Below are positions 23,355-37,187 of a DNA stretch of 64,000 nt, in pieces. This stretch comes from Narcine bancroftii (taxonomy: Eukaryota): assembly GCF_036971445.1 (NCBI RefSeq), contig NC_091473.1:106330001-106394000 (forward strand), read 5' to 3'. Each line of letters opens with the position of its first letter. The stretch's first letter is position 1. The notes beneath the pieces were generated by a model. The model was not told where the DNA came from. It searched no databases and worked only from the letters and a program-made list of their open reading frames with translations. A program made the translations under genes and the position numbers.

Positions 23355-26300
23355 AGGTCACATGATGAGGAGTGAGCAGTAAGATGTTGACCTCCAAAGC
23401 TCCCGGACCAGGAGAATAAAAAACAGTTCAAAAGTCAAAGTACAAAAAAGACAAAAACGAATAAATAAAACCCCCTACCTTGCTACAATGGGCAAGAAGA
23501 GGATCAATCGAGTGAAGGCAGCCAGCAAGGTGGGAGGAATGGTGGGCACCTGATCAAGCCTGCCTCGTGGAGGCCAAGATGTCAACACCGAGTCCTGGTA
23601 TGAGGCCCAGAAGGCCCCGTTGACGGAGGTTTGACCCACCAAGGATGAACGAAGCTCGCCCAAGATAACAGGGGAAGGTGAGATGCACCCGGGGAGGAGG
23701 GACAGCGTGGTCTCTGGTTGAGCGTCAGGAGATGAGAGGCCCACAGAGGGATCTGAGGTTCGGAGCATGGCACATATCACGTCCCTCCCCTCTGAAGACA
23801 ACAAGCAAACTGCAACTGGGAGCACAGTATAACAGACAGTGGGAGCATCTCACCTGGAGATGCGGAAGACCTTGGTCCTATGTCAAGAGATGGCTCCAGC
23901 GGAAACCTTAACGAGGTTGACAGTGAACAGGAGGCAGGAGGCAGCGTCAAGGGAAAATCACAGGGAGGACCGGGGGACCCACTGTAGCAGCAAGCTGGCA
24001 TTGGCATGAGTGGGAGGGTGCATAGAGCCCTCATTACATGTTATCCTACAGGCTATGATAAGAATGGGAGACTGGCCAGGGATTTAAAGGAAAAGACAAG
24101 AGAATTATACAACAAAATGGATAGATGGGAGAATGCCCTAACTGGATTATCAGGAAGGATATCTGAACTAGAAGATAGAATTGGTGATAAAGAGGACAGA
24201 ATTAAGAGAAATTGAGGCTACCGCATGGGAAATGGAAAGGGGACGCCTCTGGCAGAGGATTGACACCTTAGAAAATCATAGCTGGAGGAATACCATCAGG
24301 ATTGTGGGTTTGTCAGAGGGTCAAGAGGGGAGAAATCCAGTGGCTTGTTTTCATTACTGGATCCCAGAAGTCTTGGAAAAGGAAAAATTGGGGAACTAGT
24401 GGAGGTAGACAGGACCCATCGAACCCTCTTCCCATGCCCATGCCACGTCAAAAGCCACGCTTGGTCCTGGTGAAGCTCCTATGTCACCAGGATCATGAGA
24501 AAATTTTAAGGGCAGCAGCAGTTGGGGCAAAAGCAAGGGGAAGGGGCGATGGAGCTGAAGGGAAAAAAGATTCTATTCTACCCTCCTCAAGCAAAGAAAA
24601 GAATTCGAGCCAATAAAACTAATAGCTAAACAGAAAGGGAACAAATGTGTCCTTAGGTATCAAGCAACCCTAAAACTCATAATGGCAGGAGGTGAAAGAA
24701 AATTCTTGTCAGAGGCCAAAGAGGCCTGGGAGTTTGTGAAACAGATACTGGTCTGTCAGAAATTGCGTATATAGGTCTCGCGCCTAGAACAATGTTAGTA
24801 ATTTTGTTGTACACAAGAGTGGACTGTTGGAAATAGTTACAAATCAAGAGAGTAATAGTAGATTCAACCTTTAGAGATATAAAAATGCTATTGAGAGAAT
24901 TTGTGAAAAGGAAATGGACCGAGAGTGGGTGAGGGTGGAGAGGTGAGGAAGGCAGATGGGTGCAAAATGCAAAAACTTTAGAAATGAAGGGGATGGTGAC
25001 AGTATAGAGAGTAAAGTCACCAGAGGTCGGGGAGGAAGGGTTAGAGAGAATTAAATGTGGGAAGGGAAAGTATAAGGGTGAGGTGGTAAAGTTTGGTGTA
25101 GTATTTTATGTTGTCTTCATCTCTTTTCTATTTTCTTTTTCTCCCTTTTATCAAATCCTCTTTCTTTTACTTATCCCTCAGGGGCTTGTGGCCCTTGTCT
25201 CTGTTTTATTTTCTCAGGGTTTGTCATGGGTCAGGTAGGCTGGGGCTGACAGCTGGAGGAATAAGGTTGGGCAAGGACGGACATGGGTCAGTGGAGGCAT
25301 GAAGGGAACACAGATATGGAGGTCCCCGGGGCAATGACCAAAAGCATAAAATATGTTATTTTTAATGTTAATTGTTTGAACGGGGCTGTAAAGAGGAAAC
25401 AAGCCTCGGCGCACATTAAAAAAATGGGACCGGATCTGGCCTTTCTCCAAGAAACATATTTAATGGAGTGGGAACACCACAAGCTTAAAAAAAAGGGGGA
25501 TGGGTAAGTCAAATAATATTCTCCTCATTCAGTTCACATGCAAAGGGGTGGTGGCAATTTTTATAGGGAAGAGTGTTCCGGTGAGAGTACCAAATGTGAC
25601 TATAGACAAAACGGGAAGATTTGTAATGGTGCACTGTCAGATATATTCAGAATCCTGGAACATAGTAAATGTATACGCCCCCAACTTTGATGGTGAAAAG
25701 TTCATACAGAGCACTTTCTTAAGATTGGCAGAAGTAAAGGAGAATATCCTGATTGGGGGAGATTTTAATTTTTGTCTGGATCCTGTCTTAGAGAAGTCAA
25801 CAAAGAAAATAGCTAAAACAAACATGGTGAGGGCTACCATTGGCTATACGAAGGAGCTGAATTTGATAGATGTGTGGTGGCAGAAACATCCAAAGGAGAG
25901 GGATTATTCCTTCTACTCAAAACAGCATGACTCCTATTCCAGAATTGACTTTTTCCTGGCTTCAGCCCATATAGAGGATTGGAAGCTGAGAACACAGTGA
26001 GACTTCTCTCAGATCACTCACCCCTGTCACTAACAATAGAAATGCCAGATAAGCAGTTGTGGTGGTGAGTCAGGATATGGCATTCAGATGGCATCTTAAT
26101 GTGTTGCGATTAAAGAAGCTGGAGTTTTGTAGTTTTATAAGAACACAGATAGACATATTTTGTGAGGCCAACTGTACCTCTACTCCAGATAAATTCCTCC
26201 TATGGGAGCATATTTGAGAGGCTAGATAATTGGATACCCTAAGACAGTGATGAAAGAATATATGATGGAGGTGGATGAATTGGAACAAGAAATTACTCAC

Positions 26301-29300
26301 TTAGAAAAGGATTATCAAATATCAGGCTTAGAGGATCACTACAGGGCTTTCTTTGGCTTGGCTTCGTGGACGAAGATTTATGGAGGGGGTAAAAAGTCCA
26401 CGTCAGCTGCAGGCTCGTTTGTGGCTGACAAGTCCGATGCGGGACAGGCAGACACGATTGCAGCGGTTGCAGGGGAAAATTGGTTGGTTGGGGTTGGGTG
26501 TTGACATATAATATGCTTCAAACATAAAACATGGAAAAGGCCATAATACAATCAAAACAAAAATACCATGAATTGGGGTGGGGTGGAGAGAGCCCATAAA
26601 ATCCTCTCTTGGCATTTGAGGGCAGAACAAGCCTTAAGGACAATCAATGCAATACAAACTGGGAATGGTAGGACCATGTATAAACCAAAAGAAATCAATG
26701 AAATGTTCAGGAAATTCTACAGGTGTCCATGCAAATTAGAGCTAGCAGGGGTGTATGATAAAATCAACAGGTTCCTATCCAAATTAGAGCTTCCAAATTT
26801 GGACCTAGAAGAACAGGATAGCCTAGATCTTTGCTTCATGGTGGAAGAGATAGGGAAAGCATTGAACTTGCTACAGACTAACAAATCTCCAAGGGAGGAT
26901 GGGTTTCCACCTGAGTTCTATAAGATTTACTGATGCCCATCTATATGAAGGTGGTGGAGCAGGCAATAGAGATCCATACCCTCCCAGAATCTTTTTTAAC
27001 AGCAATCATTACAATGATACTTAAAAAAAGACAAAGATCCACTATTGCCATCTTCCTATAGACCTATCTCACTGTTAAATGCAGATTATAAGATATTTGC
27101 CAAAGCCTTGGCAAATAGATTGACAAAATATTTGCTAAAGCTAATAAACAAAGACCAAGCAGGCTTTGTGCAAAAGAGATGGCAGTAGACAATATTGGCA
27201 GACTGTTGAGTATACTGCATCTGGCACAAACCAGACATAAGAGGGGTCTGGCTGTGGCCCTGGATGCAGAGAAGGCATTTGACAGATTAGACTGGGATTT
27301 TATATTCAAAGTGCTGGAAAAATTTGGGTTAGGGCCAACCTTTACAAATTGGATAAGGGCAATGTATCATGAACCCAAGGCTAAAGTTGTGACCAATGAA
27401 CAAATTTCTCCAGCATTCCCACTGATGAGATCAAGTAGACAAAGATGCCTGCTGTCTCCAGCCCAGTTCATATTGGCCAAGGAGCCATTAGCTGAAGCCA
27501 TTCACCAGGATCCAGACATTAAAGGTTTTAGAGCAGGCCAGGAAGAACATAAAATCAAATTATTTGCAGATGATGTACTGATATATCTGACAGACCCAGT
27601 AAACTCATTATCCAGGCTGCACTCTATACTAGAGGACTATGGGGAAATCTCTAGCTACAAGGTTAATTCGAATAAGAGTGAAATAATGCCACTCACTAAG
27701 GGGGACTATAGCTAATGTCAGCAGAACAGCTATCTAAAGTGGCCACAAAACAGGATCAGGTATCTAGGAGTTAGGATAGATAATAACTTGAATAATTTAT
27801 ATAAGTTGAATTATACCTCCTTGCTTGAAAGAATCAAGGAGGACTTAAATAGGTGAATGTTGCTGCCAATAACCTTGGTGGTCAGGGTCAATTGTATTAA
27901 AATGATTGTGTGCCTTTTCCAGACACTGCCTGTGGTGTTGCCCCTGGGATTCTTCCAAAATTTACTCTCACAGGTAAGAACGTCCCTATAGAATGGAAAG
28001 GTGGCCAGGGTCTCTATGGAAAAATTGACCTGATTATAGTCTGAGTGGATTACAAATGCTAGGCTTCAAGAAATACTATTGGGCAGCTCAGTCAAGAGGG
28101 AGGAGATGTACCGTCCTGGGTACAAATTGGCCTGCACATGGTGGGTGAGAAGGTGTCAGAGGACTTGATTTATAAATGGGATGCAAAATTGTTATCTGGA
28201 AAAGAAGGCAATCCTATACTAAAACAAATCATTACTATTTGGAATAAAATTAACCAATATTTAGGTATCAAAGTGGAGCTGTCCCCAAAAACACCTCTGA
28301 CAAGATCCTGGACACCTGGTGTTGGAACGGCATCAGGTGCACAGAGGACTGTTATGAGCAGGGGCAACTTCTGTCATTTGAACAACTCAGATATAAGTAT
28401 GGTTTATCAAATAAGACGTTCCACTTCTACCTTCAGATAAAGATCTTTTTTACAGGACAAATTAGGTCCAACCATAGCCCCGCCAAAATGCAGTGACATT
28501 GAGACCATGATTCGAAGGGGGAACACACAGAAGTTCATCTCGGCAATGTATTTCCTGCTCTAAGTAGAAGGACCAAACCAGGCCTTCACAAATCAAGACA
28601 GAGGTGGGAGTCAGACTTAGGAATAGTGATTATGTCGGACCAGCATGACTACAACCACCAATGTGCAGTACAGGCTGGTGCAGTACAATTTTCTGCACCA
28701 GCTGTATCTCACGCTGCAAATATTGAACAAATCTAAACCAGAATTATCAGATCAATGTTTTAGATGCGGCATGGAGACAGGAACCTTTGTGCATGCAACC
28801 TGGACATGTACCAAAGAGAGGCCCTTTTGGGTGGAGTTAGGTCAAGTCCTAGGAAATATAGGCAAAGAATTCCCGCAGAAACCCGAGTTGTTCTTGTTGG
28901 GAAATATAATGGGCATAAGACTTACAATGAGGCTGTCCAAATTCAAAATTCAATTTGTGATGATCACATTGGAAGTGGCCAGGAAATGCATAGCGTTTAC
29001 CTGAAAATCTGATCCCACAGTGTTCCCCTGAAGAAAATCACTTACAACTTAAAGAAAAAATATGATACCTTCAAAAATGTTGGCAACCATATTTAAAATT
29101 CATGGGAGCACGACTATAGGTAGACCGTCATATCTCGCCACCCCACCTTGCCTGCCTACCCCTCCGCTGTTTGGGTGGAGCACAGGGGCCCAACTCATCC
29201 CAACCAAGTAAAGTCAAGAAAATAAAATAGCTCTGACTGCTGTGCTGCGAAAAACCCACAAAATCCTAACATATGTTTCGTCCCTTTGTTGTGAATGTCT

Positions 29301-29518
29301 TTAGTGTCCTGTGTAATTGTGATCAGTTAAACATCTAGTGTCGAATATGGGTGTTGGGGAGGAAGGGTGATAAAAAGAGCTTGAACTCTGCAGAAACTGT
29401 ATAAAATGGACAATTGTAAATTGTTCTCAATGCTGACCATGTTAACATTGATGCTAATAATGTTGATAACTGTTTTAGTTGGAGACTGAAAATTCATAAG
29501 TAAAATATTCCAAAAAAA
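23355..29518 (+). mobile_element. Full-length but inactivated L1-clade LINE (~6.2 kb)
   Basis: ORF1 from ~23487 (LENHSWRNTIRIVGL). ORF2 from ~25334 (FNVNCLN, FLQET, NVYAPN, GGDFN, YSRID, LDAEKAFD, LFADD, CFRC..HATWTC). A-tail at ~29511-29518 and imperfect TSD atacatacatca / atgcatacatca. Confidence 0.9.
26348..26503 (-). mobile_element. RTE-clade LINE 3' end inserted in L1 ORF2
   Basis: CNRCNRVCLSRIGLVSHKRAC is the RTE C-terminal zinc-finger motif, followed by an aagccaagccaaag tail. Confidence 0.8.
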
Positions 29519-30259
29519 GATGCATACATCAAGATGCTCTTTATCGACTACAGTTCGGCATTGAACGCCATTGTCCCCTCAAAATTGATCATCAAGACCT
29601 GTGACTCAAAACCCTATTGTGTAATTGGACCCTGGATTTTCTCACCTATAGACCACAATCAGCGAGGATTGGTAAGAACACCTCCTCCACATCTCCATCA
29701 GTACTGGAACAGCACAGGGCTGCGTACTTAGCCCCCTCCTCTATTGAATTAACACGTATCACTGTGTGGCGCATTATGACATCAATACCATCTACAAATT
29801 CACTGATGATACCATGGTAGTGGGTTGTATAAAAAGTGGTGGTGAGTCAGCTACAGGAGGGAGATTGAAAACTTGGCTGAATGGTGCACCAACAACAACC
29901 TCGCATTCAATGTCACCAAAACCAAGCTGATCGTTGACTCAGGAAAAAATAAACATAGATGTGCGATTCACTGATCATTAGGGGATCAGAGGAGGAGAGG
30001 GTGAGCAAATTTAAGTTCTTGGGAGGTCAGCACGTGTGTTTAGTACTTGGCCGGGTACTCCAGACTGGATCCTTTCCTCAGATTCTCTCTCCTGAAGGCA
30101 GCCCAAATGTCATCCTTAGATATGGACAGGTGAGGATCATCAGGGGACAAGGGGTATGAAGTGGTGGTTCTTCTTTGTTCTTGAGGTTGAATCACATAGA
30201 AGGCATTGAGTTCTCCAACTGCACCGTTTAGTTTTGTAGCAGGTTATGTTACATTTTAC

Positions 30260-30301
30260 CCCCTCCATAAATCTTCGTCCGCGAAGCCAAGCCAAAGAAG
30301 A
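30260..30301 (+). mobile_element. Very short 3' tail of the same RTE family
   Basis: ccctccataaatcttcgtccgcgaagccaagccaaag is the reverse complement of ~26350-26387. Confidence 0.7.
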
Positions 30302-30557
30302 GGTTATGTCAATTAGGCCCTAACAACAGCTGTCAGATATCCTTTGTGGTTTGTCATCCAGAAACTCCACTTTGCCCGGGATCTACCTGCTCCTTCTGTA
30401 ATGATCTGGATCTCTGGACTTAAATGCCTGTTATCTGGTTCTCAACATGTTGCCAATATGCTGGATCAATGAAATGCACAAGCGTTTTCTCCACAGAAAC
30501 CTACCTTTACCTAAACTCAAATGTCAAATGATTGGCTATTATTGGAGCTGCTATCTA

Positions 30558-30870
30558 TTCTTAGGCTGTCTCTCACGATTTGAGGATGACTTAGTTACAC
30601 TCTGATTTTGTGGGTTCTGAAATAATGAGGCCAATGTGGGAACCATAAATATTTCAAGAATGGGGCAAGTGATACCAATGGATAGTTTGTGTGGTGATAC
30701 ACTTCTTCTGCTGCTTACTTTGGGCTTTTGTGCCCTCTCAATGCATGGCCTTGAAGTTCTCAACACCACCTGTTCTCCACTTGGAGCAGTTTTGGATCAG
30801 AGGTTGCAGAATGTTGCATTTCTTCAAAGAGGTTTTGAGGGCATCCTTGAATCTATGTCTCAGTCTGCGC
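30558..30870 (-). mobile_element. Older RTE-clade 3' fragment
   Basis: Minus strand resembles an RTE end (RFKDALK..L, CPILE.F...LAS, aagtcatcctc...cagcctaa tail). Confidence 0.6.
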
Positions 30871-32371
30871 TATGGTAGATGTTGCTTAGCTCTTTCCATC
30901 ACTCTCATGCCCAGAATTTTATCATTGCCTACAAGAAAATCACTTCTGATGTCATGCAGGGAATTTACTGCATTAGCAGCCTGTAAAGATCTGTGGGCTC
31001 CTGCTGCTCCAAAGCATTTATAAACCCTGAAGGTCAAGAACAATTTTGAAGGAAAGCGGGCTAGGTGGCATGAAGGTGGTGGGGGGGCTAAGGTTATGAC
31101 TGAATTGCTAAAATTATCTATTTAAATGGGATGAATGCAGGCCGATGGAGAAATATTATTATCATCATCTATCTAAAGGCATGCTTATGTCCAGAGAAAG
31201 CTGGTCCAAGCAGAGACACAAACTGTTACAACAATGGAATCCCAACATTCATTTATCACTTAACAACAAGGCTTCACTATATGCCACCTAAATGATGGTG
31301 ATCTGGGCATGCTCAATAGGTAGGTGCTTGTTTAAATTATTTTGGTGACTATGAAAGTGGGACTAAAATGAGAGGAGGAACATTTAAAAAACAATGGGAG
31401 AGGTTGGTGTTTTTTTTTAAATCTCTCCATTGGCTAATTTGCTATAGCTAATAAAAAGAAGGGCACCTCAAGTGGAGCTGCCATTATGAGAGTGGCCCAG
31501 TGTAGGAGTGGGAATCTGAAGCTTCGGCTGAAGAGGCTTTGACGAGCAGAAGCTGAGGTAGTGGTGGAGTTGAGGCAAGGCTAGGATGGGTTTTTCTAAC
31601 TCTTTCCTCTTTAATAGACAGTGGGAATGGTAGCCAGGTAGGGACATGCTTCTCTTGCAGAATGTGGATAATTAGGAAAACCAACCGTATCCCTAATGAC
31701 TTCATCTGTGCATCCAACTACTGCTCCCTACAAACTGTTAGGGAATTGGAGCTGGAGTTGGATGAACATTTGGGAGGCTGAGTGAATGATAGACAAAGGT
31801 TACAGGAAAACAACCACACCTAAGAGGAAGGTAGCTGGGTGACAGTCGGGAGAGGGATACTGATGGGTGGGGTGGGGGGGGGAATGACCTATCTGAGCAA
31901 GGCAGCAATCAGACCAATAGCACCATAGTCGGCTCTGAGCCTCTGAACGGAAGGGTAATGTCAAGTAGAGTGATAGTCATTGGGGACTCAATAGTCAGGG
32001 GAACAGATATGAGTTTTGAAGCTGAAAAAGGGACTCAAGGATAATATGTTGCCTCCTGGGTGCATGAGTCCAGGTTGTCTCTGAGTGGATGCAGAATATT
32101 CTTAATGGAGTGGGGTGGAGGTCCTGCAAAGTAAGTTTAGGGAGTTAGGAAAGTGCCTAAGACCAGGTTTTCCAAGTGGTAGTATCTAGATTACTCCTGG
32201 TGCCACAAGCTAGGGAAGTTCAGAACAGGAAGAAAGTACAGACAAATGAGCGGATGAAGAGATGGTGCAGGGGGCAGGGTTTCAAGTTCTTGGAACATTG
32301 AAACCTGTTTTAGTAAAAGACTGATCTATACAAGTGGGACAGGTTGCACCTGAACTTGAGGGGAAACAACA

Positions 32372-33814
32372 TAGCTAGTCAGGTACTGAAGTACTGTGCA
32401 GACCAATTGACAGATGTCTTCACGAACATCTTCAATACTTCACTGCAGCAGTCCATCATTCCTGCAGGGTTCAAGACAGCCACGATCATCCTGATACCCA
32501 AGAGGGCAACAATAACAGCCCTCAATGACTATTGCTTGTAACACTTATCTCCACTATTATGAAATGCTTTGAGCATCTGGTGATGGAACGTATCAAATAT
32601 CAAAGCACACATCCCAGAGACACTGGACCCATTTCAATTCACCTGTAGAAGAAACCTTGTTGCTTCACTGCATCCTGGCCCACCTGGAAAATGACACCTC
32701 ATGTTCATCGACTTCAACTCAGCATTTCATAGGATCATTCCCCAGATGCTAGTGGAGAAGCTGTCTTTGCTAAGACTCAACACCCAACTCTGTAACTGGA
32801 TCTTGGACTTCCTAATGGAAAGACTACAGTCTGTCAGGACCAGTAGCAGGATGTCGAGCACCATTATGCTGAGCACTGGTGCACCTCAGGGCTGTGTGCT
32901 CAGCCCACTCCTGTTCATACAACTGATCCACAAGCGCATCACCAGATCAAGCTCCAATGGTGGCATCAACAGTAGTTGGTCTCGTCAGCAATGACAATGA
33001 GTTGAACTATAGAGAAGAAGTGGAAAATCTCATGAAATGGTGCAAGAATAACAACTTGAGTCTCAACGTGGACAAGATTAAGGAGATGATTGTGGACTTC
33101 AGGAGGGCCAGGAATGACCACTCTTCATTACAATCAACACTTCTGCAGTAGAGAGAGTGAAGAGCACCAAGTTCCTTGGAGTTCACTTTACTAGTGGTCC
33201 CTCAACATCTCCTCGCTTGTCAGAAAGGTGCAACAGCAAATGGAAGGACTGAAGTGGGCAAGGCTTCTGGTCATCATTACATCAACCTTCTATAGGAGCT
33301 CTATCAAGAGCTTCCTGGCCAGCTGTATCACAGTGAGGTATTGTTGCTGCAGATAAATGTATCAGAGGTCAATCCACAGGGCAATAAGAGTAGAAGGGAG
33401 GATCATTAGACTTCCCCCCCCCCCTCCCCCATTGATGCAATCTACTGGGATTATTGTCCAAAGAGGGCTTGCAAAATTGTTAAGGACCCTATTACCCCAC
33501 ACATAGCATCTTCCATTGGGGAAGAGATACAGGAGTATAAGAGCCAGCACCACCAGGCTGAGGAACAGCTTCTTCCCACAGGCAGTGAGAATGCTGAACA
33601 ACTAAAGGAACCTCTCACACTAACCATCTGAGACTCTCATATGTACAAATCAATATTTATTTCTTTATTTGTATTGAATATGTATTATTTGTCTGTATGT
33701 ATATTATGTCTGGTTGTATGGCTTGTGTGTCTGCATGTTTTGCACCAAATGCTGTTTCGCTGGGTTGTACTTGTACAATCACATGACAATAAACTTGATT
33801 TGACTTGACTTGAC
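32372..33814 (+). mobile_element. 5'-truncated Rex1/Babar LINE inserted at the end of CR1 ORF1
   Basis: [31 protein letters not shown] and TTRLRNSFFP, then AATAAA and an (ACTTG)n tail at ~33788-33814. Confidence 0.88.
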
Positions 33815-35569
33815 ATCTTGGCAGAAGGTTTGCTAATGCTGTTGAGGGTGTTGGGTGGGGGTGGGGTTTAAACTAGATTTGCAGGAGGATGGGAACCAAA
33901 GTGAAGAGGCAGTGTAAGAGGTGGTTGCTGCACAAGTAGGGACAACTGGTAGGGAGTTTGTGTGGAAGAGCAAGCAGATAGGGAAAAATTGATTGCGGAC
34001 ATTGGGATGAGTTGCAATGCATCAAGGGCACAAAGTCAAAAAATGTAACAAATACAGGGTTAAAAATGTTGTATTTAAATGCACGAAGCATAAGAAATAA
34101 AGTGGATGTCCTTGGAGTACAGCTACAGATTGGCAGGTATGATGTGTGGCCATCATGACATTGTGGCTAAAAGATGGATGTCATGGGGAGCTGAATATCC
34201 AAGGATACACAGTCTATCAAAAGGATAGGCAGGTAAGCAGAGGGAGTGGCATGGCTCTGTTAAATCATTAGAAAGAGGTGACATTGGATCAGAAGATATA
34301 AAATCATTATGGATTGAGTTAAGAAATGGCAAGGATAAAAAGACACTGTTGGCAGTTATATGCAGATCTCCAAACAGTAGCCAGCATGTGGATAACAAAG
34401 CCAACAGCAAATAGAAAAGTTGTGTTAGAAGGGAAATGTTATGGTAGTCATGGGGGATTTTAACATGCAAGTAGATTGGAAAAACCAGGTTGGAACTGGA
34501 TCACAAGAAAGAGAATTTGTAGAATGCCTATGAGATTGCTTTGTAGAGCAGCTTGTTGATGAGCCCACTCGGGGATCTGCTGCACTGGATTGGGTGTTGT
34601 GTAATGCACCAGTGGCGATCAGAGAGCTTTGAGTAAAGGAACCATTGGGGGCCAGTGATCAAAATATGGTTGAGTTCAATTTGAGATTTAATGAAGAGAA
34701 ACTAAAGTCAAATGTGCCAGTATTTAAGTGGAGTAAAGGGAATTACAGTGGCACAAGAGAGGAAGTGGCCAAAGCAGATTGGAAAGAAACACCAGTGGGG
34801 AAAGCAGAAGAGCAGCAATGAATGGAATTTCTGCAAGAAATGAGGAAGATGCAGGATGAATACATACCAAAAAAGAGGAAATATTCAAAAGGAAAAATGT
34901 CACAACCGTGGGTGACAAGGGAAGTCAAAGCCAATGTAAAAGTAAAAGAGAGGGCCTTCAAGGAAGCAAAAATAAGTGGGAAGATAGAGGATTGGAAAGT
35001 TTTAAAAAAAAACTTGTAGAAGATAACTAAAAAACTCTTGAGGGAAAAGGTGGCATGAAAGTAGACTATCAAATAATAACAATGAGGGTACAAAAAGCTT
35101 CTTCAGGTATATAAAGAATAAAAGAGAGGTGAGAGTAGATATAGGACTATTAGAAAATGATGCTGGAGAAATAATAATGAGAGACAAAGAGATGGTGAGG
35201 AACTAAATGTGTATTTTGCATCAGTCTTCATTGTGGAAGACATTAGCAGTATGCCAGATGTCGAAGGGTATCAGGGAAGGGAAATTAGTGCAGTTACTAT
35301 TTCAAATGAGAAGGTGTTCAGAAAGCTGAATGGGCTAAGGGTGGATAAGTCTCCTGAACCAGAAGGATTGCTCCCTCAGGTTCTGAAAGAAGTACCAGTA
35401 TAGATTTTGAAGGAATTGATAATGACCTTTCATGAATTATTAGATTATGGTACGTTCCTGGAAGACAGGAAAATTGCAAATATCACCCACTATTCAACAA
35501 GGGAGGGAGGCAGCAGAAAGCAAATTAGCTTGATGTAAGTGGTTAGGAAGATATTGGAGTCTGTTGTTA

Positions 35570-35842
35570 GGGAGGGGTATTGAGTTTTTTCTTTTTGAAT
35601 TATCTTTTCTTTTTTTATTTTTCCTTTTTCTTTTTTAATTTCCTTTTTTTCTATTATTAATTTTCTTTTTAAAAATATTATTTGGACTATGAATCATGGA
35701 TATGCTTTAAAACTTATATTTGCTTTTGATATACTGATTGTTTTATTAATTACATGCAATTATCCATATCATTTTATTGTATTATATTAGTATTTTAGCT
35801 CTTTATTAAAACTAATAAAAATATTTTAAAAATAAAGAAAGA
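35570..35842 (+). mobile_element. AT-rich insert in CR1 ORF2, probably an L1 3'UTR/tail
   Basis: T-rich stretch, then AATAAA and an A-rich tail, interrupting CR1 RT motifs. Confidence 0.5.
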
Positions 35843-37187
35843 TATTGGAGGTTATGGAGTACTTGGAGGCACGTGACAAGACAGGCCAAAGCCAGGGAAA
35901 ATCTTGCTTTAAAAACCTAATGGAATTCTTTGAAGAAGTGACAAGCAAGCTAAATAAAAGAGATGCAGTGGATGTTGTGTATTTGAATTTTCAGAAGGCA
36001 TTTAACATGGCTCCGCATATGAGGCTACTTAAATAGATGAGCCCACTGTACAACAGGGTTAGAGCATTGGCTGATTGTCAGGAAGCAGAGAATCGGAATG
36101 CAGGGATCATATTCTAGTTGGCTCCGAGTTGTGAGTGGCGTTCCACAGGGGTGCTGGGGCCATTTCTTTTTATGTTGTATATTAATGATTTAGATTATGA
36201 AATGAATGGCTTTGTGGCCAAGTTTACAGATGAGCAAATAGGGAGGAAACAGGGAGGCTGCGGAAGGACTTATACAGATTAAGAGAATGGGCAGAGAAGT
36301 GGAAAATTAAATACAATGTCAGAAAGTGTAATGTCATGCACTTTGGTGGAAAAAAATAAATGGACAGATTATTTTCTAAATGGGAGAAAATTGAAACTAC
36401 CCAGATGGGAGGACCTGGGAGTCCTCATACAGGGTAGCCTAAAGGTAAACTTACATGTTGAGTCGGTGGTGAAAAAGGCAAATATAATGCTGGTAATCAT
36501 TTCAAGAGAAATAAAATATAAGAGCAAGGATGTGTAGTTGGGGCTTTATAAGGCACTGGTGAAAGGTCACTTTGAGTATTGTGAGCAGTTTTAGGCTTCT
36601 TATCCAAGATGCCTAAAACTTGGAGAGAGTTCAAAGGAGGTTCACAAGGATGAAGGAGTTAACAAATCAGGAGTTCTTGACAGTTCTTCGCCTGTACTCG
36701 TTGGAATTTAGGAAAATGAGGGGGGATCTCATTGAAACATTTTGAATGTTGGAAGGCATGTACAGAGTAGATGTAGAAAGGATAAGAGTCTATGACAACA
36801 GGGCACAACTTTAGGATTGAAGGGTGTCCGCTTAGAACAGAGATGCAGATGAATTTCTTCAACCAGAGAGTTGTGGAATGTGTTGCCGTAGGTGGTTATG
36901 TCATTGTGTGTATTTAAGGCAGAGATTGATAGGTTATTGATTAGCCAGGGCATCAAAGATTATGGGGAGAAGGCAGGGTGGGGGGGAGGGGGTCAGTGGA
37001 AAAATGGATCATCATATGATTAAATGGTAGAGCAGACTCGATGGGCTGAATAGCCTATTTCTGCTCCTGTATCTTATGGTCATGTGTATATTTGTACATG
37101 CCGTGACCATCATCATAAATTTTGGAAGCTTTCCTTTCCCCTAATTTCCACTCTTCTTACATCTTTCCTCAGATTCTAATTCTCACA

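Larger units (their letters stand above)
23068..30025 (+). mobile_element. Rex1/Babar fragment split by an L1 (pieces 23068-23354 and 29519-30025)
   Basis: [28 protein letters not shown] before the L1 continues as MLFIDYSSALNAIVP and CNWTLDFL after it. Confidence 0.8.
31425..37082 (+). mobile_element. Near full-length decayed CR1-clade LINE
   Basis: ORF1 zinc finger (CFSCRMW) and SGNH-esterase motifs (VIGDSIVRG, WDRLHLN). ORF2 motifs YLNARSIRNK, MGDFN, SQPWVT, KSPEPEG, VDVVYLNFQKAF, SGVPQG. 3' tail ctgctcctgtatcttatggtc. Confidence 0.88.

Noticed and set aside
23355-29518. Active L1 or a domesticated RT/endonuclease gene
   Set aside because: Both ORFs contain many stops and frameshifts plus an RTE insertion.
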